A stretch of DNA of 64,000 bases. Origin: Eledone cirrhosa (taxonomy: Eukaryota). Numbering within the stretch: the first letter of the stretch is position 1; the number at the start of each line of letters is the position of its first letter. Made by a program: the position numbers and the translations under genes. The notes beneath the pieces were generated by a model. It did no database searches. It had not been told where the DNA came from and saw nothing but the letters and a program-made list of their open reading frames with translations. The stretch lies in NCBI GenBank assembly GCA_964016885.1, contig OZ024741.1:359724001-359788000 (forward strand), given 5' to 3'. Below are positions 1-18,917 of this stretch, piece after piece.

Positions 1-64
1 TATATATACATATACATATATATATATATACATATATACATATACATATATATATACACATATA

Positions 65-104
<40 letters not shown>

Positions 105-141
105 CATACATATATATATACATACATATATATATACATAC

Positions 142-190
<49 letters not shown>

Positions 191-291
191 CATATATACA
201 TATATATACATATATATATATACATATATACATATATATACATATATATATATACATATATACATATATACATATATATACATATATATAT
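1..291. repeat. (TA)n/TATACA compound microsatellite
   Basis: Direct reading; continues off the window edge. Confidence 0.97.
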
Positions 292-2277
292 AGAGGGACC
301 AGCAGTACAAGTCAGCGGCAGCGTAGTAAGTAAGGCAATCAGAGATATGAAGATAGGGAAGGCAACCGGTCCATCGGGTATAGCTGCCGAGATGCTGAAG
401 GCATCTGGGTCTGTAGGTCACACTATAACCACACGTATCGTTAACCAGGTAATACTAGAGGGGGCCATACCAAAAGATTGGTGCAGTAGCATCATTGTCA
501 ACTGCTACAAAGGTAAAGGCGATGCACTAGATAGAGGAAACTATAGAGGTATAAAGTTGATGGACCAGGTCATGAAAGTAACAGAAAGAGTTATAGCACA
601 GCTGATTAGGGACCGGGTGAATATAGACGAGATGCAATTTGGGTTTGTTCCAGGGAAAGGCACCACTGATGCGCTCTTCCTTGTGAGGCAATTACAGGAA
701 AAGTACCTAGCTAAAAGTAAGCCACTCTACTTGGCATTTGTCGACCTTGAGAAAGCCTTTGACAGAGTTCCACGTGCAGTAATCTGGTGGGCTCTTAGAA
801 AACTAGGAGTAGATGAATGGCTTGTGAAAGCGGTACAAGCCATGTATAGGGGAGCAGTCAGCAAAGTTAGGATTGGCAATGAGTATAGCGAGGAATTTAG
901 CGTACAGGTTGGGGTCCACCAGGGCTCTGTTCTTAGCCCTCTCCTGTTCATCATAGTCCTGCAGGCAATAACGGAGGAGTTTAAGACCGGATGCCCATGG
1001 GAACTCCTGTATGCTGATGACCTCGCACTCATAGCTGAATCTATGGTAGAACTAGAGAATAAATTCCAAACCTGGAAGCAGGGACTAGAGAGAAAGGGCC
1101 TCAAAGTCAACATGACAAAGACTAAGGTCCTTATAAGTAGACGAGAAAACAGAACCCAGATCCCCTCAGGGAAATGGCCTTGCTCAGTATGTAGGAAAGG
1201 TGTAGGTTGGAACTCCATTCTTTGCCCCAAATGCAAACAATGGGTACACAAGAGATGTAGCGGGATCTCAGGAAGCTTAATTAAGAATGTAGGATTCACA
1301 TGCAGCAGCTGTGCTGAAACAGCAAGCAAACAGCCACAGGAAACAAGTACCACCAATCTCTGGGAGGGCCCTGTAGAAACAGTAGACAGCTTCTGCTACC
1401 TAGGTGACCGAATTAGCAACGGAGGTGGGTGCTCAGAAAGTACAATAACTAGGGTAAGAACGGGATGGAAGAAGTTTAGGGAACTACTACCACTGCTAGC
1501 TGCAAAAGGCTTCTCCCTCAGAATGAAAGGCAGACTGTATGATGTGTGTATCCGAACAGCGATGTTGCATGGTAGTGAGACCTGGGCGCTGAAGGTGGAA
1601 GACTTACGTAGATTAGAGAGAAACGAAGCCTGCATGCTCCGATGGATGTGTAACAGTAATATACGTGAACGACAAAGCATAAATGAATTGAGAGAGAGAC
1701 TGAGCATAAGAGGAATCAAATGTTGCGTGCAGGAGAGGCGGTTACGCTGGTATGGACATGTGATGCGTATGAAGGATGACAGCTGCATAAAAAGGTGCAG
1801 AGCACTAGAAGTTGATGGAAACCGCGGAGTGGGGAGACCCAAGATGACTTGGGATGAGGTGATAAAAGCCGACCTTACCCAACTACACCTCTCAAAGTCA
1901 ATGACACACGACCGTGACTTCTGGCGTCACGCAGTAATACAGGGTACCCGACCTCCCATGGGTACATGCTGAAGCATATAAACAATATGCCCCCCCCCCC
2001 CCCCACCGCAAGGTGGTCGTGGAGGTGCCACGGCAAAAAAGCACCCAGCCCACACTGTAAAGTGGACGTGTAGGCGCCACGAAAAAGCACCCAGCACTCA
2101 CTGTAAATGAGGTTGGTGTTAGGAAGGGCATCCAGCTGTAGAAATCAAGCCAGATCAGTTCCTGTATGAGCAAGGCATGGTCAGCCGACCAGACACTGCC
2201 CACAACAGGACAACCCGTCTAACCCATGCTAGCGTGGAAGAACGGACGTAAAACGGTGATGATGATGATGATGATGA
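292..2277 (+). mobile_element. 5'-truncated RTE-clade LINE with 3' UTR and (GAT)n tail
   Basis: Open frame from ~292 (EGPAVQV...); RT motifs; 3' UTR ends AACCCATGCTAGCGTGGAAGAACGGACGTAAAACG followed by (TGA)n; TA arrays on both sides. Confidence 0.93.
347..1972 (+). CDS. RTE reverse transcriptase (partial ORF2) with embedded C4HC3 PHD-like finger
   Basis: [67 protein letters not shown]; uninterrupted frame. Confidence 0.92.
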   Translation: MKIGKATGPSGIAAEMLKASGSVGHTITTRIVNQVILEGAIPKDWCSSIIVNCYKGKGDALDRGNYRGIKLMDQVMKVTERVIAQLIRDRVNIDEMQFGFVPGKGTTDALFLVRQLQEKYLAKSKPLYLAFVDLEKAFDRVPRAVIWWALRKLGVDEWLVKAVQAMYRGAVSKVRIGNEYSEEFSVQVGVHQGSVLSPLLFIIVLQAITEEFKTGCPWELLYADDLALIAESMVELENKFQTWKQGLERKGLKVNMTKTKVLISRRENRTQIPSGKWPCSVCRKGVGWNSILCPKCKQWVHKRCSGISGSLIKNVGFTCSSCAETASKQPQETSTTNLWEGPVETVDSFCYLGDRISNGGGCSESTITRVRTGWKKFRELLPLLAAKGFSLRMKGRLYDVCIRTAMLHGSETWALKVEDLRRLERNEACMLRWMCNSNIRERQSINELRERLSIRGIKCCVQERRLRWYGHVMRMKDDSCIKRCRALEVDGNRGVGRPKMTWDEVIKADLTQLHLSKSMTHDRDFWRHAVIQGTRPPMGTC

Positions 2278-9613
<7,336 letters not shown>

Positions 9614-10236
9614 ATGGTGGCTGCCAACTCGTTTTCGAGTACGGCCACTACTTTATATCCATGTAGGAGAACCCCTACTGATGCGCTGAACGAGTGTGAC
9701 TTTCCAGTCCAGCCAGCGACTTGAAAGCTCTGGTACAAACACTACACCTGTGACAATTATTGACACATAGTGCTGGGCCCATGGTACCATGTGACGACGA
9801 ATGCAGAGAGATCTCCAGATATAAAGCAATGCCTGTGCCGTGAAGCTTTTATAGTGAGCAAAGGCACTGCACAAAGCCAGTCCCACTCTCTTAACCAAGA
9901 TGATATTTACCAAAAAGAAGAACAAGTCAACATCATTGGATACCATCAGGGTTGCAGGTGTTATATCAGAGTTTTCCTTCTCCTAGAATTCTGCCTTGAC
10001 AAAGGCTAAGGGGTCATCTCTCCCGGTGATTTTGGATGGCCATTGACTCTTAAGAGCTCCTTTGCCTTTTGACAGGTTTTGTTTTTAGTCCTGCAGGATG
10101 TCCAAAGTCACCCTCCTCACCAAGAAACCTTGGTGGGGTTGCCAGTTTAGTCGCCAACGACCCGACCATGGGACAGGTTGTACTGGAATACATGTTACCA
10201 GTAGCACCAGTAGCACCAACTGGTGACCTGACATAA
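9614..10236 (-). mobile_element. Non-autonomous bipartite RTE derivative, copy 1
   Basis: Near-identical to 25379-25992. On minus: RTE-like 5' UTR motif AGGAGAAGGAAAACTCTGA, then a terminal C2H2 finger remnant [25 protein letters not shown], then a terminal stem-loop. Flanked by TA arrays. Confidence 0.72.
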
Positions 10237-10359
10237 TATATACATATATATACATATACATATATATACATATACATATATATATATATACATATATATA
10301 CATATATATATATATATATACATATATATACATATATATATATATATACATATATATAC

Positions 10360-10406
<47 letters not shown>

Positions 10407-10417
10407 CATATATATAC

Positions 10418-10464
<47 letters not shown>

Positions 10465-10475
10465 CATATATATAC

Positions 10476-10508
<33 letters not shown>

Positions 10509-10549
10509 CATATATATATACATATATATATATATACATATATATATAC

Positions 10550-10580
<31 letters not shown>

Positions 10581-11285
10581 CATATATATATATACATATA
10601 TATATATACATATATATATATACATATATACATATATACATATATATATATACATATATATATATACATATATATATATACATATATACATATATATATA
10701 TACATATATATATATACATATATATATACATATATATATATACATATATATATACATATATATATATACATATATATATACATATATATATACATATATA
10801 TATACATATATATATATATACATATACACACATATATATATATATACATATATACACATATATATATATATACATATATACACATATATATATATATACA
10901 TATATACACATATATATATATACATATATATATACACATATATATATATATACACACATATATATATACACATATATATATATACACATATATATATATA
11001 CACATATATATATACACATATATATATACACATATATATATACACATATATATATATACACATATATATATATACACATATATATACACATATATATATA
11101 TACACATATATATATATATATACACATATATATATATACACACATATATATATACACACATATATATATACACACATATATATATATACACATATATATA
11201 TATATACACACATATATATATATATACACATATATATATATATACACATATATATATATATATATATACACATATATATATATAT

Positions 11286-11330
<45 letters not shown>

Positions 11331-11391
11331 TATATATATATACACATATATATATATATACACATATATATATACACATATATATATATAT
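10237..11391. repeat. (TA)n/TATACA/TACACA microsatellite
   Basis: Direct reading. Confidence 0.96.
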
Positions 11392-11629
11392 ATTGTTATA
11401 CTTGGGGAGGGTCATATTTGCGTAATATTGTTTGTTTGGGTGTTGTTGTTGTTCCACTCATTCTTTCTGTTTAGCTTTGGTCTTCTAATTTCTATTTCAC
11501 TGGCCTCTCTGATTTGCCTATCTGCTGGGTCATTCCTATGTTTAGATATTCTAATTTCTATGTTGTCTATGTTACCGTCATGTTGCTGTCTAGCATGTTC
11601 GTATAGTACTGACCCGTTTTTTCGTCCTT

Positions 11630-12853
11630 TTAGTTCCCCCAGTGTTGGTCTATCCTTTCACCTATGCTACGAGCTGTCTCACCTATGTATGTTGTTGTCA
11701 TATTTCTGCAAGTACCCTCTGTACATCTTATGCTATAGACTACGTTTCTAGTTTTACAGTTTATCCGGGGGTTCACCTTACATATGATACATTTCCTATT
11801 GGTACAGTGGGTTTTCTTAAAAGGGTAGGTTTTGCTGATCAGGGATTTTATGGTGGTTCCTGGCTTTTCTACCACCTTTATTTTTAAGTGGGTCTTTCTC
11901 AGGGCCTTTCTACACTGGTTAGCTAATTTCCCTCCAGGGGTGGCGTCCACAAACATGACACTCTGATATCTCTGGTTGTCGTACCATGATGTGGCCTTCC
12001 CTATCTTATGTCTAGCCCTATCTAAGCTATTCCATGATTTGCTCCTGAATAGTGGGCAAATTCCTTTCATGTCCAGTTCTATGAGGGTCTTATACTTTTC
12101 CATGACTCCTTCGTATACTCTGACTCTGTCTCTTTGGTTGTAGCCAGAGAACTGCATGCGGTTGATGAAGTGTTGGATGTGTCTTTCCATTTCTGTTGGG
12201 TCGCACATGCTGGACACATTCTTCATCACTCCTACCAAATCTGCGATCAGAATATTAAACTTAGCACTACTGGACATTGCTGAGTTTTTGAGTATCAGGT
12301 ATTTGGAGGCCATGGGTTTAGCATAGTGTGAGTGGAGAATTTGGGCTCTCTCGTCTATAGTGTTAATCCAGAGTTCTGTGTCTAATACAGGTAGTCTATT
12401 GTTAGGGTGTTTGGAAGGGAAGTCGATAGTTACAGTTATACTCTGGTGTATGGAATTAGCTATCTGCTGGATGCTTTTCATCGTGCTACGTTCTAAATCA
12501 AACTTGTTAGTGCTCTCAAGTGGGGGTGTTCTTATAACTATATTGATATCGTCTACATAACGAGAGTACATGATGAGGTCTATGGAGCTTTCATTAAGGA
12601 GATCTTTAAGTCTCCTTTCCCACCATACCATGAAAAGGTTGGCAACATCACCAGCTATGCTGACGCCGATGGCTGCTCCCTCATTTTGGGTGTAGATTTT
12701 CTCATTGAACTTAAATATGTGGCCCTTAAGGGTAGTTTTGATACTAGCCCCTATTGCATGTGCGACCATTTTTCTTACCTGATCAGTGTTTTGGGGGGTC
12801 CGTATAGCTTTGGTCCACCCAATCCACCTTCCTATGGGAGTCTTTTTTGCCAT
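11630..12853 (-). CDS. PLE polyprotein C-terminal part (RT palm/thumb, Cys linker, GIY-YIG endonuclease)
   Basis: [47 protein letters not shown]...R..H; cut short by a C-run indel relative to the duplicate at 15508-15743. Confidence 0.87.
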   Translation of the reverse strand: MAKKTPIGRWIGWTKAIRTPQNTDQVRKMVAHAIGASIKTTLKGHIFKFNEKIYTQNEGAAIGVSIAGDVANLFMVWWERRLKDLLNESSIDLIMYSRYVDDINIVIRTPPLESTNKFDLERSTMKSIQQIANSIHQSITVTIDFPSKHPNNRLPVLDTELWINTIDERAQILHSHYAKPMASKYLILKNSAMSSSAKFNILIADLVGVMKNVSSMCDPTEMERHIQHFINRMQFSGYNQRDRVRVYEGVMEKYKTLIELDMKGICPLFRSKSWNSLDRARHKIGKATSWYDNQRYQSVMFVDATPGGKLANQCRKALRKTHLKIKVVEKPGTTIKSLISKTYPFKKTHCTNRKCIICKVNPRINCKTRNVVYSIRCTEGTCRNMTTTYIGETARSIGERIDQHWGN

Positions 12854-14924
12854 TGAGGTTATGGTGGGGGGGTCTACCTCTTATAGGTCTACTAGGGCAG
12901 AAACATCTAAGGCCATGGCTGTCTAGGTAGTCAGTGTCGTAGGTAAGTCTAAGTAGGAGGCCCAGTTCGTCTGTGTCGACGTCGCAGAACTCCACCTCAC
13001 TCTCAATGATCATCTCCACACATCTTTTCACAGCAAAATCAATGTTAATGGATGGGTACAGTGACACCACATCCATGCTGCCTATTATGCAGTTGGATAG
13101 GCTCCTGTTTTTGTTGCACTCACTGATTCTGCTGAGGAGGTCCTCTGTACTTTCACATACATCTGGGGACATCTTGATTATGGGGCGTATAACCATTGAG
13201 AGGAAGTAGGAGATCCTGTAGTTGCTAGCTATATTAGCTCCGCATACGGGTCTTGTTGGTGGTCCTGTTGTCGGGTCGTCGACTGTCTTGTGGTCTTTGC
13301 GGAGCCCATACAAGGGTGGTATGCCATTGTTAGACGCCTGGAAGTTGTTGGCAGTGCGTCTGCTTGGCTTTAGGATGTCAGTCCACATCATCATGTGAGC
13401 GTTGAGGATTTTTTCTCTCCCATCGTGTGTTTGTTGTGCAACTTCGCTCGTGTTGGTGATGTGGGGTTGCATAGCCTCGATGTAGTTCGGCATGCTATCT
13501 ATTGACATCCTACCAGACTTATCTGTGGGTAGACACACTACCTCACCATCCCTTGTGCGCTGCTTGAGGCTAACCAAGCCTTCTACAGGTTTTCTCCCAA
13601 GTTGTTGGGTCTCTGGTCTGCTCTGTCTCTTAGTATACCTGTCTACTACTTGTCTAATCTCATTTCTAGCTATGGTGAACTGTGCCTCCGTCTCGTCATC
13701 TATTTGCTGTGGTATGCAAACTCTTTTATTAAAGGGTAACCTCGTAGGATAGATATTACCCATCTTATATGTTTTGTCAGCTGGGTTGAAAAATAGTTTC
13801 TCTAAGGGGGTGTCATTATATCTATCGTCATAGTTGTGTGTGTTGCTATTGTTGTTATCAGGGTGGTTGTTGTTTCTATCATTAGCATTATTATTATTGT
13901 TATGATTGCTAGATGTATTGTTGTTTACTTCACCGTTATTGTTGTTGTTGTTACTGTTATTTCTACCATTGTGGTTGTTACTATTATTATGTTTCTTGTT
14001 TTTGTTGATGTTGCTACATGTACTATTTCCATTATTACCACTGTGGTTATTGTTGTTGTTCGTATTGTTACCGTTATTACTACTGTGGTCGCTGTTGCTG
14101 TGTCTGTGGTTAACGTTTCTATTATTTTTATTATTGTGGTTGTTGTTCCGTCTATCGCTAGTATTATTGCCATTATCACTATTTCTCACTTTCCTGCCTT
14201 TGTTATGGTTCTGGCTGTTATTTCTATACCCAGAGTTATTGTTTATATTACTACTACCGTTATTATTGTTGTTGTTGTTTACCTTTGCATTCCAACGTAT
14301 TTTTGTGAAACACTTTTCCAGCTCCGTTTTGCATTCCATAGGGTTAATTTTTTTGTAGATGGCAAATTTTGGTGGTAACCGTAGGATTTGTTGTTCTTGT
14401 TCACTGATTAGAGTGTTCCCATAGATATTTACTGTGTGGTCATTGGTAAATTCTTCCGGTAGTTTTACATCAGTCATACGGATATTGTCGATGTTATCTG
14501 GGTATTTTTGAGAATATTCGATTTTCCTTTCTTGTAGTTTTTTCTTATTCATCAATTCTAATTTCTTGAAATGCCTATAGCATTCGTTTCGAGCGTATTT
14601 CATTTCGCGTCGAATGACGCTCATGAAGTCATCTCTCTCGTTTGCTGTGATGAGATTTCGGATTTCCTTACCGTTGATGCGTTTCTGTCTGTAGAGTGCG
14701 TTGACTTTTGTGTATGTTGTTGTTTTCATATTAACTGTTATTGTGTGTTTTAGCCGTTCGGCTTGTGTTTTGTTCAATAATAAATTATTTACTTGTTTTG
14801 ATATGTTTGTTGTGTATGTTTTGGAGGAAACACAGTGTTTTAAGAAGCAGATTTGTTCTGTTGTTATTGTAGTTTTTATATAACAGAAAACAGTGTCTTT
14901 CAATAACCTTTCAGCTTGGCACAA
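12783..14924 (-). CDS. PLE polyprotein N-terminal part (Asn-rich insert, DKS motif, RT fingers)
   Basis: LPPKFAIY, PTDKSGR, PPLYGLRKDHK, PTRPVCGA, GSMDVVSLYPSI; frameshift at the G-run 12866-12872. Confidence 0.85.
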   Translation of the reverse strand: MCQAERLLKDTVFCYIKTTITTEQICFLKHCVSSKTYTTNISKQVNNLLLNKTQAERLKHTITVNMKTTTYTKVNALYRQKRINGKEIRNLITANERDDFMSVIRREMKYARNECYRHFKKLELMNKKKLQERKIEYSQKYPDNIDNIRMTDVKLPEEFTNDHTVNIYGNTLISEQEQQILRLPPKFAIYKKINPMECKTELEKCFTKIRWNAKVNNNNNNNGSSNINNNSGYRNNSQNHNKGRKVRNSDNGNNTSDRRNNNHNNKNNRNVNHRHSNSDHSSNNGNNTNNNNNHSGNNGNSTCSNINKNKKHNNSNNHNGRNNSNNNNNNGEVNNNTSSNHNNNNNANDRNNNHPDNNNSNTHNYDDRYNDTPLEKLFFNPADKTYKMGNIYPTRLPFNKRVCIPQQIDDETEAQFTIARNEIRQVVDRYTKRQSRPETQQLGRKPVEGLVSLKQRTRDGEVVCLPTDKSGRMSIDSMPNYIEAMQPHITNTSEVAQQTHDGREKILNAHMMMWTDILKPSRRTANNFQASNNGIPPLYGLRKDHKTVDDPTTGPPTRPVCGANIASNYRISYFLSMVIRPIIKMSPDVCESTEDLLSRISECNKNRSLSNCIIGSMDVVSLYPSINIDFAVKRCVEMIIESEVEFCDVDTDELGLLLRLTYDTDYLDSHGLRCFCPSRPIRGRPPHHNLNGKKDSHRKVDWVDQSYTDPPKH

Positions 14925-15086
14925 GCTAATGCCGTAGCGGCGATGAATTAGTTTAGCGAGGTTTTTATATGAAATCGTGTGTCGAAACAGATATTGTTAT
15001 ACTTGGGGAGGGTCATATTTGCGTAATATTGCCAGAATTAATAACAGAACACACTCACTGTTTGGTTGGTTTTCGCTTCTCGCTGC

Positions 15087-15094
15087 CTTTTATA
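15087..15094 (-). promoter_or_regulatory. Putative TATA box in PLE pLTR
   Basis: TATAAAAG on minus, ~30 nt upstream of a CAGT Inr-like motif and ~70 nt upstream of the ATG at 15016. Confidence 0.4.
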
Positions 15095-15886
15095 TCTGCG
15101 ATCTAACTTACTCGGTCCTCAATGTTGCCATTGACTGACCGACGGTCAAAAATAATACAGATACAATATAGACACAAACACATATATATAGTTTACATAA
15201 TTTACATAAATCTTTCGTTGCACATCTGCAACATCGTCAGTGGTGTTATATTTTTTCCTCCTGTTGTGTTGTATGTCTACGCCATTTTTTATTCAGTCTG
15301 TCTATATATTTATATATTTATTTGCTTGTTTGTTTATTTTATTTTGTCTTCTTTGCGCATGCGTTTGCGTGTGTGTATAGTGTCATGTTTGCTGTGTGAA
15401 TAGTGTGTATAGTGTTGTGTCTGCTGGGTGACTAGTGTGTGTTTATGTGCTTGTTGTTATTGTGCATGTATTTATTTATCTTATTTTATTTTATTTTATT
15501 TACTTATTTATACTTCTCTTAGGTCAGTGTTGTTTGTTTGGGTGTTGTTGTTCCACTCATTCTTTCTGTTTAGCTTTGGTCTTGTAATTTCTATTTCACT
15601 GGCCTCTCTGATTTGCCTATCTGCTGGGTCATTCCTATGTTTAGATATTATTCTAATTTCTATGTTGTCTATGTTACCGTCATGTTGTTGTCTAGCATGT
15701 TCGTATAGTACTGACCCGTTTTTTCGTCCTTTTAGTTCCCCCCATTGTTTGTTTATTTTATTTTGTCTTCTTTGCGCATGCGTTTGCGTGTGTGTTACGC
15801 AAATATGACCCTCCCCAAGTATAACAATATCTGTTTCGACACACGATTTCATATAAAAACCTCGCTAAACTAATTCATCGCCGCTA

Positions 15887-16291
15887 TATATATATATATA
15901 TACATATATATACATACATATATACACATATATATATACATACACACATATATATATATATATATACATACATATATATACACACACATATATATATATA
16001 TATATATACACATACATATATATACACACACATATATATATATATATATACATACATATATATACACACACATATATATATATATATATACATACATATA
16101 TATACACACACATATATATATATATATATACATACATATATATGCACACACATATATATATATATACATATATATGCACACACATATATATATACATACA
16201 TACATATGCACACACATATATATATATATATATACATACATACATATGCACACACATATATATATATATATACATACATACATATATATAT

Positions 16292-16325
<34 letters not shown>

Positions 16326-18549
16326 ACATATATATATACACACATATATATATATACATACATACATATATATATATACATACATACATATATATATATA
16401 CATACATACATACATACATATATATACATATATATATATATATACATACATATATATATATATACATACATATATATATATATACATACATATATATATA
16501 TATACATACATATATATATATATACATACATATATATATATACATACATATATATATATATATATACATACATATATATATATACATACATATATATATA
16601 TATATACATACATATATATATATATATATACATACATATATATATATACATACATATATATATATATACATACATACATATATATATATATACATACATA
16701 TATATATATACATACATATATATATATATACACACATATATATATATATATATATATACATACATATATATACACACATATATACATACATATATATACA
16801 CACATATATACATACATATATATACACACACATATATATACACATATACATACATATATATACACATATATATATACATACATATATATACACATATATA
16901 TATACATACATATATATACACATATATATATATATACATACATATATATACACATATATATATATATACATACATACATATACACATATATATATATACA
17001 TACATACATATACACATATATATATATACATACATACATATACACATATATATATATACATACATACATATACACATATATATATATATATACATACATA
17101 TACACATATATATATATATATACATACATATACACATATATATATATATATATACATACATATACACATATATATATATATACATACATACATATACACA
17201 TATATATATATATACATACATACATATACATATATATATATACATACATACATATACATATATATATATACATACATACATATACATATATATATATACA
17301 TACATACATATACATATATATATATACATACATACATATACATATATATATATACATACATACATATACATATATATATATACATACATACATATACATA
17401 TATATATATACATACATACATATACACATATATATATATATATACATACATACATATACACATATATATATATATATACATACATACATATACACATATA
17501 TATATATATATACATACATACATATACACATATATATATATATACATACATACATATACACATATATATATATATATACATACATACATATACACATATA
17601 TATATATATATATATACATACATACATATACACACATATATATATATATATATACATACATACATATACACATATATATATATATATACATACATACATA
17701 TACACATATATATATATATATACATACATACATATACACACATATATATATATACATACATACATATACACACATATATATATATACATACATACATATA
17801 CACACATATATATATATACATACATACATATACACACATATATATATATATACATACATACATATACACACATATATATATATATACATACATACATATA
17901 CACATATATATATATATATATACATACATACATACATATACACATATATATATATATATATACATACATACATACATATACACATATATATATATATATA
18001 TACATACATACATACATATACACATATATATATACATACATATATACATACATATATATACACATACATATATACATACACATACATACATATATATATA
18101 CATACATACATATATATATACATACATATATATATACATACATATATATATACATACATATATATATACATACATATATATATACATACATATATATATA
18201 CATACATATATATATACATACATATATATATACATACATATATATATATATACATATATATATACATACATATATATATATACATACATATATATATACA
18301 TACATATATATATATACATACATATATATATACATACATATATATATACATACATATATATATACATACATATATACATACATACATATATACATATATA
18401 TATATATACATACATATATACATACATATATACATACATATATATATACATACATATATATATATACATACATATATATATATACATATATATATATACA
18501 TACATATATATATATACATACATATATATATACATACATATATATATAC
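15887..18549. repeat. (TA)n/TACA/CACA compound microsatellite
   Basis: Direct reading. Confidence 0.96.
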
Positions 18550-18917
18550 ATGATGGCTGCCCCCTCGTTATCGAGTATGGCCATTGCACAATAAAAAAAA
18601 AAAAATAAATAAAATAAATAAATAAATAAATAAATAAAAAAATAATAATAATAATAATGATTTCATTTATTGGCCACAAGGGCCGACATATAGGGGACAA
18701 CACAATAGACAGGGACAGTGGGGGTTTACATAGAGATCGAGTAAGTATAAATAACAAAAAAACAAAAACAAAATAACAATAAAAATACAACAATGAAAGT
18801 TCCCCAATAAGAGGGATCACCACCCAGGGTTGACTCAAGCACCCCACCAGTCCTGAGCCACCCGACGCTCCTAGGGCACCCGGGAAGGGCACCCCTCTCC
18901 TTCTCGAATTCACCAGC

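Larger units (their letters stand above)
11392..15886 (-). mobile_element. Penelope-like retroelement (RT + C-terminal GIY-YIG; Nematis/Neptune-type) with partial-tandem and inverted pLTR
   Basis: RT and GIY-YIG motifs; 15533-15743 directly repeats 11431-11640; 15795-15886 is the reverse complement of 14935-15026; TA arrays at both ends. Confidence 0.9.

Noticed and set aside
9670-9735. Hammerhead on the plus strand (CTGATG...GAAAGCTC)
   Set aside because: Core is CTGATGC, the stems do not close, and it is antisense to the finger-coding remnant.
9653-10009. Conserved 79-97 aa ORFs in the duplicated element
   Set aside because: Conservation is explained by recent copying; no recognisable domain except the C2H2 remnant in another frame.
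15032-15532. Spliced-out intron explaining the short 3' pLTR
   Set aside because: No GT-AG or GC-AG ends on the element (minus) strand; the junction shows microhomology instead.
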